A stretch of DNA of 61,583 bases, filler included. It is 7 parts of 7 records of this genome, joined end to end, with 100 filler letters (N's around TTAATTAATTAA, not from the genome) between each part and the next. Parts side by side here need not be neighbours in the genome. Positions count along the whole stretch, not along the records: positions 39,008 to 50,657 come from SRR31156797_7058; positions 50,758 to 61,583 come from SRR31156797_7061; 5 more parts are not named here. One strand, 5' to 3'. The translations under genes were made by a program, and so were the position numbers. The notes below the pieces were generated by a model. That model saw nothing but the letters and a program-made list of their open reading frames with translations, ran no database searches and was not told the DNA's origin. How positions within the stretch are numbered: the first letter of the stretch is position 1; each line of letters begins with the position of its first letter. Positions 47,951 through 58,818 of the stretch are shown here, piece by piece.

Positions 47951-50657
47951 TTATATTTTACTTATAATATCCTTACCTTTGATGTACCTAATAGATGTCC
48001 AGCTTCCGATAATCAATGCCATTGCCATTATCAGATAGATGTACCACGAACTATCACTTTTTGTTCTGTCTCCGGTATCAGGGTTATCCATCAGTAACAT
48101 ACAAGGTTCAGGCATATTTGTAATATTGAGTTTTACTGTTGCTATAGATACCACGTTATTTGCATCTCTCAATGCATACTCAAAAGTATCAATTCCATAG
48201 TAGTCAGCATTAGGTGTATATCGTATCATTTGCCTGCCACTGACATTAACTACAACTGCACTGCCGTGGCTCGGTTCTCTGTATACCGCTATTGATAGAT
48301 TTTCAGCAGCATAGTTTGCATTCAGTAAAACATCCCTATCCACATCATCATCATTAACAAGTACATCCACATCAATAACGTCATCTTCGTCCATATCCAC
48401 TTCATCATCTACTGCCTGCGGTGGATCATTTACCTGTGCTACTTCTATTTTGATAGTTACTGTATTACTATTTCCATTAGAGTCCGTACCTGTTAAGTCA
48501 AATGTAACTGAACCATTAAAGTTAGCAACAGGTGTAAATGTAATATTAAAAGAATTATCCATTGACAGTATACCCCACATTGGATATGATGCTATCTGGT
48601 AATCTATAATAGCATCGCCGTCAGGTTCTATCATAAATATACTGGCATGGAACACTCCCGTAGAATCCTCATCGAGACTGAATATTTCAGATGATACCTT
48701 TGGTGCATCTTCCACAGGAGTTATTACAATGTTCACAGTACCTATATCTGAACCTCCAAAGCTGTCAATAACCGTATAGGTAAATGATACATTGCCATTA
48801 AAGTCTTCATCTGGTGTAAATACTATTTCAGATGAATTTGTTGATGATATTTCCACTGCGCCGTTTGTAACACCTGCAAAGCCATTGGGGTCAATACTAA
48901 TGCTGTCTGGTGTCTGGCTTGGGTCTTCGTTCAGTCCTATTAGCAGGTCTACATCTGTATCATTGGTCAATATATCTATCGTTACTGATGTATCTTCTGG
49001 TCCTGAACCGTTATCATTAACAGCTACTGGTGCATCATTTACCTGATTAACCATAATATCGATAGTACCATTTACCGTGTTCCCTTGTGTATCAGTTACA
49101 GAATATCCAATGCTGTCTGGTCCATTGTAGTCAGCATCTGGGCTGTACGTCAGAATTTTTGTTGCAGGATTATAGCTGGTTGTACCATTGTCTGCATCAT
49201 TAGTAATTGTAACTGTTAGTACATCGCCTGTATCAGCGTCATAGATATAATTATTCATATCTATATCTATATCTGTATCCTCATCTGTTGAAAGGCTTGG
49301 ACTGTCAGCAGTTGGGATATCAGCTTCTGGTGATACATTTATGGTGACAGTTGATGTTGCTGTCAATCCATCAGCATCAACTATTGTATACTCGAAGCTT
49401 TCCGTTCCGTCAAAGTCAACATCTGGTGTATACTCAATAGTGTTTCCGACTATCACAGCAGTACCATTTATTATCTGTAAATGATTAATGCTCTGAAGCG
49501 ATATTGGTCCTGCTGGATTTGAGTTAATACTTGGATCTGTATCAACATCATAATCGTTGTCAATTACAATAATTACATTATCCGTACTGCCTTCTGCCAC
49601 AGTTGTATTGTCAGGCACTGCAACAGGTGCATCCTTCTCCTCTTTTATAGTCAGTGTCAGTATAGCAGAGTCCCTTCCTCCAAAATTATCCTCAACTACA
49701 TAGTCTATTATTACTTCACCGCTTACATCAGATGTTATAGCTCTTGCTCTGGAAGCCGTTGGTGTGAATTTAATTTCATCAGTGCCAACTATAGTTGCAC
49801 TTCCCATAGAAGGTACTCTGACAGATGCACTTAATACGTGTAAATCATCGGCAGTTGGGTCAAGGTTGAGATTTACATCATTATCAACATCTGTATCATT
49901 TGCAATAACGTCATGTGTATATGTCTGTCCCTCGTTTATTGTTGCTGCATCGTCATTACCTACTGGGTTATCATTGACCTGTGCCAGAGATATAGTTGAT
50001 GCAGTCAATGGACTTGTCAATCCGTATGCATCTGTCACCTGATATTGGAAATCAATAATGCCGTTGAAGTCATTAGTAGCTGTAACAATAATATATTTCT
50101 CATCTGGTGATATCTGCAGATTATAGTAGCTAGGATTTGGGCTGGTTATTATCAGTTCTGTAATTCTTAAATTCTCAAAACCTGGATTAGTACTCAAGTC
50201 CACATCACTTACAGCAGAGCTGCTTAATATCATCAGATTTGCTCCTGCTAAAGCCTGATCCTCAACAATAGATGTAAACGTCTCAACTGTAGTCACTGGA
50301 TTATCACCAATTGACTCAACAACAACAATGATATTACCTGTATTGCTGCCGCCATGTGCATCTTCTAATGTATATGTAAATATCTCAGTACCGTTCCACT
50401 CAGCATCTGGTGTGAAAATTACTGTGGTATTGTCTGAATCCAAAACAGCTGAGCCATTGTCCAGACTGCCAAACCCAGTAATGCTAATATTCTCTAGTGA
50501 TGAATCCGTATTCAATCCATCCTTTTGGTCAATATCACTAATTACTGTTGCAAGAGGAATACTAACCGGTGTATCTTCTTTGGTTGTTGCTGATGCATCA
50601 CCTGCTTCTGGATTATCATTCTCTTGAGTAACTGTCAATACACCTGTTGCTGTAGCT
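47951..50657 (-). CDS. Tandem-95/Big_9 cadherin-like repeat adhesin with sortase-type anchor (5' truncated)
   Basis: Repeated VNDxPxAxxD...EDT...NDTDVD...YTPxxDFNG...FxYTxxD units; C-terminal NPDTGD + TM helix + basic tail. Confidence 0.88.
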
Positions 50658-50757
50658 NNNNNNNNNNNNNNNNNNNNNNNNNNNNNNNNNNNNNNNNNNN
50701 NTTAATTAATTAANNNNNNNNNNNNNNNNNNNNNNNNNNNNNNNNNNNNNNNNNNNN
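50658..50757. other. Artificial contig spacer
   Basis: Same linker. Confidence 0.97.
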
Positions 50758-50758
50758 T

Positions 50759-52057
50759 AAAGGCAATATCAAAGGTGCACTGGAATACATACTTGACCAA
50801 ACCGAAGAGGCGAAACAGAAGCAGGCTGCTGATGAAAAAATTGAGAATCTCAATACCATACCTACTCCCATACTCTCTATAGATACCGATTTTAACATCA
50901 CCTTCATTAATCCGACAGGAGCCCAGGTAGTCGGCCTGACACCGGACCAGGCCATCGGAAAGAAATGTTATGACCTTTTCCAGACCAAACATTGCCAGAC
51001 TGACCAGTGTGCCTGTACTCGGGCAATGAAAACCGACTCTGTTGTCAATGCCCAGACCATTGCCACCCCCAAAGGGGTGGCAATGCCAATCAAATATACT
51101 GGTTCTCCGATTAAAGACGCTAAAGGCAACATCAAAGGTGCACTGGAATACATTACCGATGTAACGGCAGAAAAGGAAGTAGAACGACTGATTGCCAGTG
51201 CGGTGAGTGAGGTAGACAGTTTAGTCAATGCCTCCAAGCTGCAAATGGATGAAGCAAATTCCCAGGTTGACGACATGAGCGGTACCATTGATCAAGCAGT
51301 TCAAGAACTTGATGATTCAATGGTCACAGTCCGTGACATGCAAGAGAGTTCCAAGAAGATGCTTGCCATCTCTGCACAGTCAAATCAACTGGCGATGGAA
51401 CTTGCAAAAGAGGCTGAAAGCGGAAAGATGGCAGGGAGGGACGCCGGTCAGAAATTGGCTGATATCAACGACACCATGCAAAAAAACAATGAGATGGTCA
51501 ATGGTCTGGTAAACCAGCTGGAGAAAATTTCCAGCTTCGTTGATATCATCAAAGAAATTGCCTCCCAAACCAACCTTCTCGCTTTTAACGCTGCCATCGA
51601 AGCTGCACGTGCAGGAGATGCGGGCCGCGGCTTTGCAGTTGTTGCCGACGAAGTCCGCAAACTCGCTGAGAACAGTTCCAAATCAGCAATTGATATCTCC
51701 AATATCGTAAAGAATGTTGAAAAAGATTCAAATCATACCATCAGTGCCATGCAGGAAGGGATGAACATGCTCGGAGAGGGTGGTCGGGTTATAAACACTG
51801 CCCTTGAGTCCATGGAAACCATCTCCAAGGGTATTGTCACTATTTCCGACTCGGTTGACAAGGTCAGTGGTACAGCTGAAGCATTGAGCGACAGCGGTGG
51901 CGAAGTTATGAAAAAGATCGAAACCGTTGCCAACTCCTCCAAAAAAAACCAGGAGTCAAACACAGTGGTCAATCAATCACTTTCCGATACAGTGGCGGCA
52001 TTAACCCAACTGACATCCTCCAGCAAAGAGCTGCAGAAAGCTGTCAACAACTTATAA
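50759..52057 (+). CDS. PAS-domain methyl-accepting chemotaxis protein (5' truncated)
   Basis: Frame is open from the gap through repeated PAS/PAC units ([11 protein letters not shown] twice); MCP core [38 protein letters not shown]. Confidence 0.93.
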   Translation, partial: KGNIKGALEYILDQTEEAKQKQAADEKIENLNTIPTPILSIDTDFNITFINPTGAQVVGLTPDQAIGKKCYDLFQTKHCQTDQCACTRAMKTDSVVNAQTIATPKGVAMPIKYTGSPIKDAKGNIKGALEYITDVTAEKEVERLIASAVSEVDSLVNASKLQMDEANSQVDDMSGTIDQAVQELDDSMVTVRDMQESSKKMLAISAQSNQLAMELAKEAESGKMAGRDAGQKLADINDTMQKNNEMVNGLVNQLEKISSFVDIIKEIASQTNLLAFNAAIEAARAGDAGRGFAVVADEVRKLAENSSKSAIDISNIVKNVEKDSNHTISAMQEGMNMLGEGGRVINTALESMETISKGIVTISDSVDKVSGTAEALSDSGGEVMKKIETVANSSKKNQESNTVVNQSLSDTVAALTQLTSSSKELQKAVNNL

Positions 52058-52108
52058 ACGCCCCTTTTTCCTGACCGGTCTGCAAAGACCATTCAGTTAT
52101 GAGAGACC

Positions 52109-52672
52109 ATGACACTTTTTGGCGAAATCATATTTACACCGCGTCTGAAAATTCGCAAAATTCAGAGTAGTGACCTGCCGCTTGTTGTTTCCTGGAGTAA
52201 CAACAGGGAAGCGCATGGCAATTACCTCTCCCCGGAACATATGACTGAACAAACATGCAAAGAAAGGCTGGAATCTGGTTTTTTTTGGACGGAAAAGAAT
52301 AAGTGTTTCATGATTGAATCCCGTGATGGGGATCCCATCGGCACAATGCATTACTGGCTTCGCCCGGAGCGCGAAGAGTGTGCTGTTGCCCAGCTTAAAA
52401 TTGCCGAACCAGGCCAACGCTGCAAAGGCTTTGGCACTGAAGCACAAAAATACCTGATCATTAATCTCTTTGAACGGCTAAAAATCAAAGAAGTGGAAAT
52501 GTATACCGACGTCAACAATATGGCGCAACAACGGTGCTTGACAAAATTAGGATTCGAGCTCATTGAATCTCTTTCCTACGAGGACCACCAAGTTACACGC
52601 CTTGGCCACTTATATCGACTGGAGCAAAGCCGTTTCCAACAATATCCCGTTTACCACTACCACTATGAATAA
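52109..52672 (+). CDS. GNAT N-acetyltransferase (RimJ/RimL/SpeG-like)
   Basis: TPRLKIR N-terminus, QRCKGFGTEA acetyl-CoA motif and NNMAQQRCLTKLGF. Confidence 0.85.
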   Translation: MTLFGEIIFTPRLKIRKIQSSDLPLVVSWSNNREAHGNYLSPEHMTEQTCKERLESGFFWTEKNKCFMIESRDGDPIGTMHYWLRPEREECAVAQLKIAEPGQRCKGFGTEAQKYLIINLFERLKIKEVEMYTDVNNMAQQRCLTKLGFELIESLSYEDHQVTRLGHLYRLEQSRFQQYPVYHYHYE

Positions 52673-53690
52673 ACCTGGCATTGTATTTGATAACCGGTAT
52701 TTGGATCATCGGATCACCCAATCCACAAGGGAAAACCCAGAGAGGTTGCGCAGCCTATTTGCAACAGTCAAGCAGCAGTATAACGGTAAACTAGAGACGA
52801 TGAAGCCGCGTGAGGCAGGTATGGAAGACATTGAGCAGATTCACTCTGATTTTTACCTAAATCAGATTCGTGAACATGCCATCAAACGCGATCCATTCTC
52901 TTACGACAAAGATACCTACCTCATGGATCTTTCTCTGGCAACGGCCCAACTTGCTACAGGCGGTTGCCTGGAACTTGCTGATCGAATTATGGAGGGCAGC
53001 CTTGAGCAGGGATTTGCCCTTATCCGTCCCCCGGGGCATCATGCCGAGCCAGGCCGGGGTATGGGATTTTGTATTCTTAACAATATTGCTATTACCGCAC
53101 AATATCTCCTGGATCACTTCCAGCTCAATAGAATCCTGGTCATCGATTTCGACATTCACCACGGTAACGGTACCCAGGAAGCCTTCTACGACTCAAATAA
53201 GGTCTTGTTCATATCCATCCACCAGAATAATATATTCCCATTCTCAGGTAACTGTGAAGAGATAGGCAATGCAGAGGGTCGCGGCTACAATATCAACATA
53301 CCTGTACACAGCCATTTCGGTGACCAAGAATATACCTTTCTCTTAGGCAAGCTCTTGCAGAGCGTTGCAGAGCAGTACATGCCGGAGATCATTCTGGTTT
53401 CTGCCGGATATGACGGCCACAGGGAAGACTCCATTAGTTCGACCCTCCTTTCCACCCAAGGCTTCCATACCATAACCACTCTGCTCAAACAGTGTGCACA
53501 CGATATCTGTGGAAACCGACTGCTGTATATTCTTGAAGGGGGGTACAACCCTGTTTCGCTGGAAAAGTCTGTTCTTGCAACCATCAATAGTCTATTACAG
53601 CCCAATGGATCGCGAGTTGGCATCCTTCATTCTGAACGGGCTGATGTACTTTTCAAAAACCATCCTCTCAATACGTTTTGGACCTTATAA
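52665..53690 (+). CDS. Histone-deacetylase-family (class II-like) amidohydrolase
   Basis: Start MNKPG; ENPERL, RPPGHHA, GFCILNN, DFDIHHGNGTQ, SAGYD and LEGGY. Confidence 0.93.
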   Translation: MNKPGIVFDNRYLDHRITQSTRENPERLRSLFATVKQQYNGKLETMKPREAGMEDIEQIHSDFYLNQIREHAIKRDPFSYDKDTYLMDLSLATAQLATGGCLELADRIMEGSLEQGFALIRPPGHHAEPGRGMGFCILNNIAITAQYLLDHFQLNRILVIDFDIHHGNGTQEAFYDSNKVLFISIHQNNIFPFSGNCEEIGNAEGRGYNINIPVHSHFGDQEYTFLLGKLLQSVAEQYMPEIILVSAGYDGHREDSISSTLLSTQGFHTITTLLKQCAHDICGNRLLYILEGGYNPVSLEKSVLATINSLLQPNGSRVGILHSERADVLFKNHPLNTFWTL

Positions 53691-53700
53691 AGGCAGACAA

Positions 53701-54132
53701 ATGACAAAACATGTCCCGCTCGACTCCCACCACCTCAATACGATTTTCCATGAGTGCAACCAGTGTGGCACCTGCTGTAAGCAGTACCGAAAAATCACCC
53801 TCCACCAAGATGAAGTTGAACAAATCAAAAAACTGGGAGGTTATGTCGGCTACGACATCACCATTGCCGAAATTCGGGACAAAGGCCTGGAACAGGCCCA
53901 GGAAGAGGCAATAAAGCGAGGTAAGGTGTTTATGATTCACCCGGATGATAAAGGCTGCAAATTCCTGCAAAAGAGAAACAATAAATACTATTGCACAATC
54001 TATCACTATCGACCACGAGTTTGCCGAGGTTTTAAATGCAATATGGCAGATGACAGTTTCCTTGCATTATTTGGCAAAGACTCCATGCATCTTCTAGGGC
54101 AAACAACATATGGCTTGCCGCTTGATGTTTAA
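53701..54132 (+). CDS. YkgJ-family cysteine-cluster (CxxCxxCC) protein
   Basis: CNQCGTCC...CKFL...CTIYHYRPRVCRGFKC. Confidence 0.85.
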   Translation: MTKHVPLDSHHLNTIFHECNQCGTCCKQYRKITLHQDEVEQIKKLGGYVGYDITIAEIRDKGLEQAQEEAIKRGKVFMIHPDDKGCKFLQKRNNKYYCTIYHYRPRVCRGFKCNMADDSFLALFGKDSMHLLGQTTYGLPLDV

Positions 54133-54332
54133 GCTCTTTTGAAAAACGAGAAGATTATATTAATACATGTCATTTAAATAGAGACACCTGCCCCAAAATG
54201 CGGCAGAAATCAGGGCACACCTGCTGTTGTATTTGCTATATACTTAATGCTGTGAAAAAGGTATATTAGCGTTTACGCTTGTTCTTTCAACATACAGTTT
54301 TCACTATCCATTTCAAAACTCCGACAAAAACT

Positions 54333-54575
54333 ATGCAGATCTATCTCTGGCGCCATAGTAATCAGTTTTCCAGCTGGTCCATGATTGATGAACCACAGAT
54401 TTATACCGACAGGTATACGACGGCGGAAGTGGCAGTCCTCGCAACTTCCAAAGAAGAGGCCGTTAAGCTCCTTGCCCAAGACGGCCACTGGAATATGGAT
54501 GACCTGCAGCGTATAGAGCCAGAAATCATTCCCCTTAATACATCCCGTATTCTAACCAGCCATATCGTCTTTTAA
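54333..54575 (+). CDS. Small hypothetical protein
   Basis: MQIYLWRHSNQFSSWSM...AEVAVLATSKEEAVKLL; protein-like, 80 aa. Confidence 0.6.
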   Translation: MQIYLWRHSNQFSSWSMIDEPQIYTDRYTTAEVAVLATSKEEAVKLLAQDGHWNMDDLQRIEPEIIPLNTSRILTSHIVF

Positions 54576-54768
54576 AGCATTTTTTACAGCGTCCCCCCAA
54601 AAAGGGGGTAGTCCTGTAATTTATTTATTTTTATGAGACGCTGGGTAGAGTATATTTTTTTTTATTACCGACCTGTAAACACCTCTGTACATATCCTGGG
54701 CATAGAAACAGAGGACATACTCGCTGACTTTACCAATCAATACCGGCCTCCAGCCTGAGGGAAATCAG

Positions 54769-55998
54769 ATGAAACAGACATTGCAATTTCTTGTGTTGCT
54801 GCTCCTTATTTCCTTCACCTGCCAGGTGAATAATATTCAGGCAATTGACCTGCAAAAGGCATCTTGGGAGGAAATTGTTCAGGCAGCGGATGGACAAACC
54901 GTTGACTGGTATATGTGGGGTGGTTTTCCAGCAGTAAACACCTATGTCAATAACTATGTTGCCACCCAGTTAAAGAAAAAATATAACATCACCCTTCGCC
55001 AGGTACCGGTTAAGGACATTGCCGAGGTGGTCAGTAAACTGGTGGTTGAAAAACAGGCTGGAAAAACAGCAGGTGGCAATGTTGATCTGATGTGGATCAA
55101 TGGAGAGAATTTTCGCACCTGCAAACGTCATGATCTACTCTTTGGACCGTTTGCAGACAAACTGCCCAATCAACGTTTTGTCGACTGGAATAAGCCTTCT
55201 GTTTACAATGACTTTGGCACTCCAGTAGAAGGGATGGAGTCTCCTTGGGGCAGCGCTCAGGTAGTAATGATTTACGACACAGCAAGGGTGCCTGAACCAC
55301 CAAAATCCATGGCACAACTTCTCGACTGGATACGGCAGCATCCGGGTAAATTTGCCTACCCAGCACCGCCTGATTTTACCGGCTCCGTTTTTGTACGCCA
55401 TGCCTTTTATCACTCTTCCGAAAACGTAAATCTATGGCAGGGAAACTACACCCAAAAACAATTTCAAAAAGCTGCCAGTGACACCTACACCCTGCTCACC
55501 GAACTGAAACCATCTTTATGGCGACAAGGAACAACCTACCCGGAATCACCTGTCAGAATGAACACCTTGTTTGCAGATGGAGAAATTGATTTTTCTTTCT
55601 CCTATCATCAGGCGGAAGCATCACGCAATATCCAAGACGGTCTTTTTCCATCAACAGTCAAAACATTTGTCTTTACTGAAGGAACCATTGCCAACACCCA
55701 TTTTGTGGCCATTCCTAGCAATGCATCTGATAAAGCGGCAGCCATGGTTGCAGCAAATTTCCTGCTCTCTGCAGAAGCCCAAATGGAAAAAGCAAAACCC
55801 GATGTATGGGGCGATTTCCCGGTTCTTGACATATCACGTTTACCCATGAAGCAGCAGCAACAGTTTATTAACCTACCGCGTGGTTCGGCAACGCTTTCCA
55901 ACAAGGAACTGCAAAAGCATCAACTGCCAGAACCGCCAAGCGACATCCTTATCCAACTTGAAAAAGGATGGGAGCAGCATGTCCTTAAAGGACGCTGA
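54769..55998 (+). CDS. ABC transporter substrate-binding protein (YnjB-like)
   Basis: Signal peptide; WYMWGG, DLMWINGENF, YPAPPDFTG and NTHFVAIP. Confidence 0.85.
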   Translation: MKQTLQFLVLLLLISFTCQVNNIQAIDLQKASWEEIVQAADGQTVDWYMWGGFPAVNTYVNNYVATQLKKKYNITLRQVPVKDIAEVVSKLVVEKQAGKTAGGNVDLMWINGENFRTCKRHDLLFGPFADKLPNQRFVDWNKPSVYNDFGTPVEGMESPWGSAQVVMIYDTARVPEPPKSMAQLLDWIRQHPGKFAYPAPPDFTGSVFVRHAFYHSSENVNLWQGNYTQKQFQKAASDTYTLLTELKPSLWRQGTTYPESPVRMNTLFADGEIDFSFSYHQAEASRNIQDGLFPSTVKTFVFTEGTIANTHFVAIPSNASDKAAAMVAANFLLSAEAQMEKAKPDVWGDFPVLDISRLPMKQQQQFINLPRGSATLSNKELQKHQLPEPPSDILIQLEKGWEQHVLKGR

Positions 55999-56912
55999 TG
56001 TTTATCCCGGTTGCTGAAAATGAAGCACGTGCCCACACCGTTGAGACAGGACGTTTACTGCTCCTGCTCGCCCCGGCACTGCTCATCATTCTTCTGCTTT
56101 TTGGAGGCGGATTATTACTTGGTACCCTGCAGGCTCTTGGCAGTCAGCCGTTCACAGGAAAAAGTTCCTTAACCTTTACCCATTTCGCAACAGTATTAAC
56201 TGATCCTGACTTTGCCACAAGTTTTGCATTGACCATGTACATTGCAACCGTCTCCACTTTGATTGCAATGATTGCCAGTGTTGCGGTTGCCATGTCACTG
56301 GTTCGTTGTGCCGCTGCCAACCGAGTGCTCAACTTTTTTCTTCAAGTTCCGCTCACAGTTCCCCATTTAGTCATTGCCATTTCTCTTCTCTTTCTTCTCG
56401 CTCCGACGGGCATACTTTCCCGCCTGTGTTCTTTTTTTGGCATCAGTGAAGGAGCCGCCTCCTTTCCCTTGCTGGTAAACGATCCGTACGCGGTGGGCAT
56501 TTTGTTAACCTATATCTGGAAAGAGATACCCTTTATTACCTTTATGATTTTAGCGGTCTTAAAAAACAGCGGCAATGAACTGGACGATGTGGGCAGGACT
56601 CTCAGAGCAAATTCTTGGCAGCGATTTCGCCATATAACTCTGCCGTTGATCGCTCCTAGCCTCGGTGCTGCTGGATTCATAGTTTTTGCCTTTACCTTTG
56701 GTGCTTTTGAGGTACCTTACCTGTTGGGCAGGACCTATCCAATGGTTCTACCGGTATGGGCCTATAAGAACTACACTGACATCGATCTGGTGGCCCGTCC
56801 GGAAGGGATTGCCATAGGCCTGATCATCGCCGCTATTGTTACCTGTTCACTCCTGCTTTCCCAGGGACTGATGCAAATCGCCCGTAGACAGAGAGCGTAC
56901 CCTGTTGAATAA
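55998..56912 (+). CDS. ABC transporter permease 1
   Basis: TM helices, EAA-like loop (DDVGRTLRAN) and FGAFEVP. Confidence 0.88.
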   Translation: MFIPVAENEARAHTVETGRLLLLLAPALLIILLLFGGGLLLGTLQALGSQPFTGKSSLTFTHFATVLTDPDFATSFALTMYIATVSTLIAMIASVAVAMSLVRCAAANRVLNFFLQVPLTVPHLVIAISLLFLLAPTGILSRLCSFFGISEGAASFPLLVNDPYAVGILLTYIWKEIPFITFMILAVLKNSGNELDDVGRTLRANSWQRFRHITLPLIAPSLGAAGFIVFAFTFGAFEVPYLLGRTYPMVLPVWAYKNYTDIDLVARPEGIAIGLIIAAIVTCSLLLSQGLMQIARRQRAYPVE

Positions 56913-57696
56913 ACGCTCCTTTCTCCTCGGATTCGGCATTACAGGAACAGTCATCATTCCCTTCTTGCCGCTCTTGTTTTGGTCAATAAGCAACCAATGG
57001 TTTTACCCAGCATTACTGCCGCAAAAATTCGGCTTGCGTGGGTGGCAGTATATCATGACCACCGCTGGTCAACAAATAACTGAAGGGTTGATACAAAGCA
57101 CATCTCTGGCTCTTGTCACCACCTGCTGTTCTCTGTTGGTCGCTCTCCCTGCAGCTAGGGCACTGGGCCTTTACTCCTTTCCAGGCAAAAAACTGATTGG
57201 CGTGCTCCTGCTCCTGCCGATCATTGTTCCGCCTCTTTGTGTCTCCATGGGCTTTCACCTCTGGTTCATCCGAATCGGCCTGGCCGAGACCTTTGTCGGA
57301 GTTATTATGGCCCACCTGACGTTTTGCCTGCCCTATACAATTTTTGTGCTCTGGGGAGTATTTTCCGATTACAACCCTGACTTTGAGTACCAAGCCCGCT
57401 CATTGGGAGCCTCACCTCTAAAAGTCCTTATCAATGTTACCCTGCCCATGATTTTACCAGGAATATGTATTGCGGCCTTGTTCTCCTTTCTCCTTTCCTG
57501 GTCACAGTACCTTTCTACCCTGATCATTGGTGGCGGCCGTCTACTAACGCTACCGATCCTGCTCTTTGCCCTCATGGACAGCGGGGACCGTCCAGTTGCG
57601 GCAGCGGTGAGTCTGGTCTTTGTCACTCCTGCCCTGTTCGCCCTCTTGGCAAATGCCCACTTCTTAGGCAGACAAGGGATGACGGGAGTTCGATAA
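56905..57696 (+). CDS. ABC transporter permease 2 (PotC-like)
   Basis: EYQARSLGAS EAA loop, FLLSWSQY and TLPI. Confidence 0.88.
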   Translation: MNKRSFLLGFGITGTVIIPFLPLLFWSISNQWFYPALLPQKFGLRGWQYIMTTAGQQITEGLIQSTSLALVTTCCSLLVALPAARALGLYSFPGKKLIGVLLLLPIIVPPLCVSMGFHLWFIRIGLAETFVGVIMAHLTFCLPYTIFVLWGVFSDYNPDFEYQARSLGASPLKVLINVTLPMILPGICIAALFSFLLSWSQYLSTLIIGGGRLLTLPILLFALMDSGDRPVAAAVSLVFVTPALFALLANAHFLGRQGMTGVR

Positions 57697-58715
57697 TGGC
57701 ACAACTTATCCTTGATAATATTTCTGCAGGATACAGGAGCCAGCCGATTATAAGAGAGCTCTCTCTAGCCGTAAAAAAGGGCGAAATGGTTGCCCTTCTT
57801 GGCCCCAGCGGCGAAGGAAAGACCACCATACTGAAAACAATTGCCGGCCTGCTCCCCCCCCTTGAAGGTCACATTCACATCAATGGCCTGCTGGTAAACA
57901 CTATTGCCGCTGAAAAAAGGGATGTGGTGCTGGTTTTTCAAAAGCCACTTCTGTTCCCTTTTCTCAATGTACGGGACAATATAGGATTTGGCCTACGCAT
58001 GCAGGGCATACGCGGCAAAAAGGCTGCAATACAAATTGCAGAAATGGCAGAGCTAACAGGGTTGAAAGGATTAGAGCGGCGAAAAGTACACCAACTTTCC
58101 GGGGGGCAGCAGCAGCGTGTAGCTCTTGCCAGGGGATTGGTTTTGCGGCCTTCGATCCTGCTCCTGGACGAGCCACTTTCAAACTTGGATGCGGACCTTC
58201 GCCACCAGATGCGTGAGTTAATCCAACACATCCGTCAACAAACCGGAATTACCACCTTGTTTGTGACCCATGACCAGGGTGAAGCACTTATGCTTAGTGA
58301 CAGGATAGCGCTCCTGCTTCATGGCAGGCTTCGTCAGCTTGGCCCTCCCCACGAACTGTTTTATCAGCCACAGGACACCGAGGTCGCCGCCTTTTTTGGC
58401 TGCCCCAACATGCTGAAAGGGAAAATACACAACAATACATTTTCCTCCGGCCAGATCCTCATTCCGGTTGTGTCTGCAAACCGCAGCCTTTGCACGGCAG
58501 TTATCCGCCCAGAACAAATCAATATGACAAAGCACCCCCAACCGAAAGCCATTGAGGGGACTGTCAAGTCTGTCAGTTTTGAGGGGGTTTACACACGGCT
58601 TGCAATCATGACTGCATCCTGTGAACTCACTATTCTCTCCAACAGCAACCAGTACAAAATCGGTGAGCTGGTATACCTTTCCATTCCAGCATCAGCGGTG
58701 CATATTATTCCATAA
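57696..58715 (+). CDS. ABC transporter ATP-binding protein (PotA/CysA-like)
   Basis: Start MAQLIL; GPSGEGKT, LSGGQQQRVALAR, LLLDEP and VTHD; TOBE-like tail. Confidence 0.92.
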   Translation: MAQLILDNISAGYRSQPIIRELSLAVKKGEMVALLGPSGEGKTTILKTIAGLLPPLEGHIHINGLLVNTIAAEKRDVVLVFQKPLLFPFLNVRDNIGFGLRMQGIRGKKAAIQIAEMAELTGLKGLERRKVHQLSGGQQQRVALARGLVLRPSILLLDEPLSNLDADLRHQMRELIQHIRQQTGITTLFVTHDQGEALMLSDRIALLLHGRLRQLGPPHELFYQPQDTEVAAFFGCPNMLKGKIHNNTFSSGQILIPVVSANRSLCTAVIRPEQINMTKHPQPKAIEGTVKSVSFEGVYTRLAIMTASCELTILSNSNQYKIGELVYLSIPASAVHIIP

Positions 58716-58818
58716 CTACATCTCTAAAACAGGGTTACTTTCGGCAGATATGAAAAGAGGGCATTGCAGCATATTTAGCAAAAGGTAAGCGCTGGCTCCA
58801 TGGCGTGCTGCTGAATAC

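Noticed and set aside
10457-50757. Six copies of TTAATTAATTAA within N-runs as a biological repeat, and any gene linkage across them
   Set aside because: Identical 100-nt artificial spacers with stops in all frames. Composition and gene content change at each one, so cross-gap neighbourhoods are meaningless.
54576-54768. TPP riboswitch ahead of the YnjB/thiamine-like ABC operon
   Set aside because: No CTGAGA and ACCTG...AGGGA core arrangement is recognisable.
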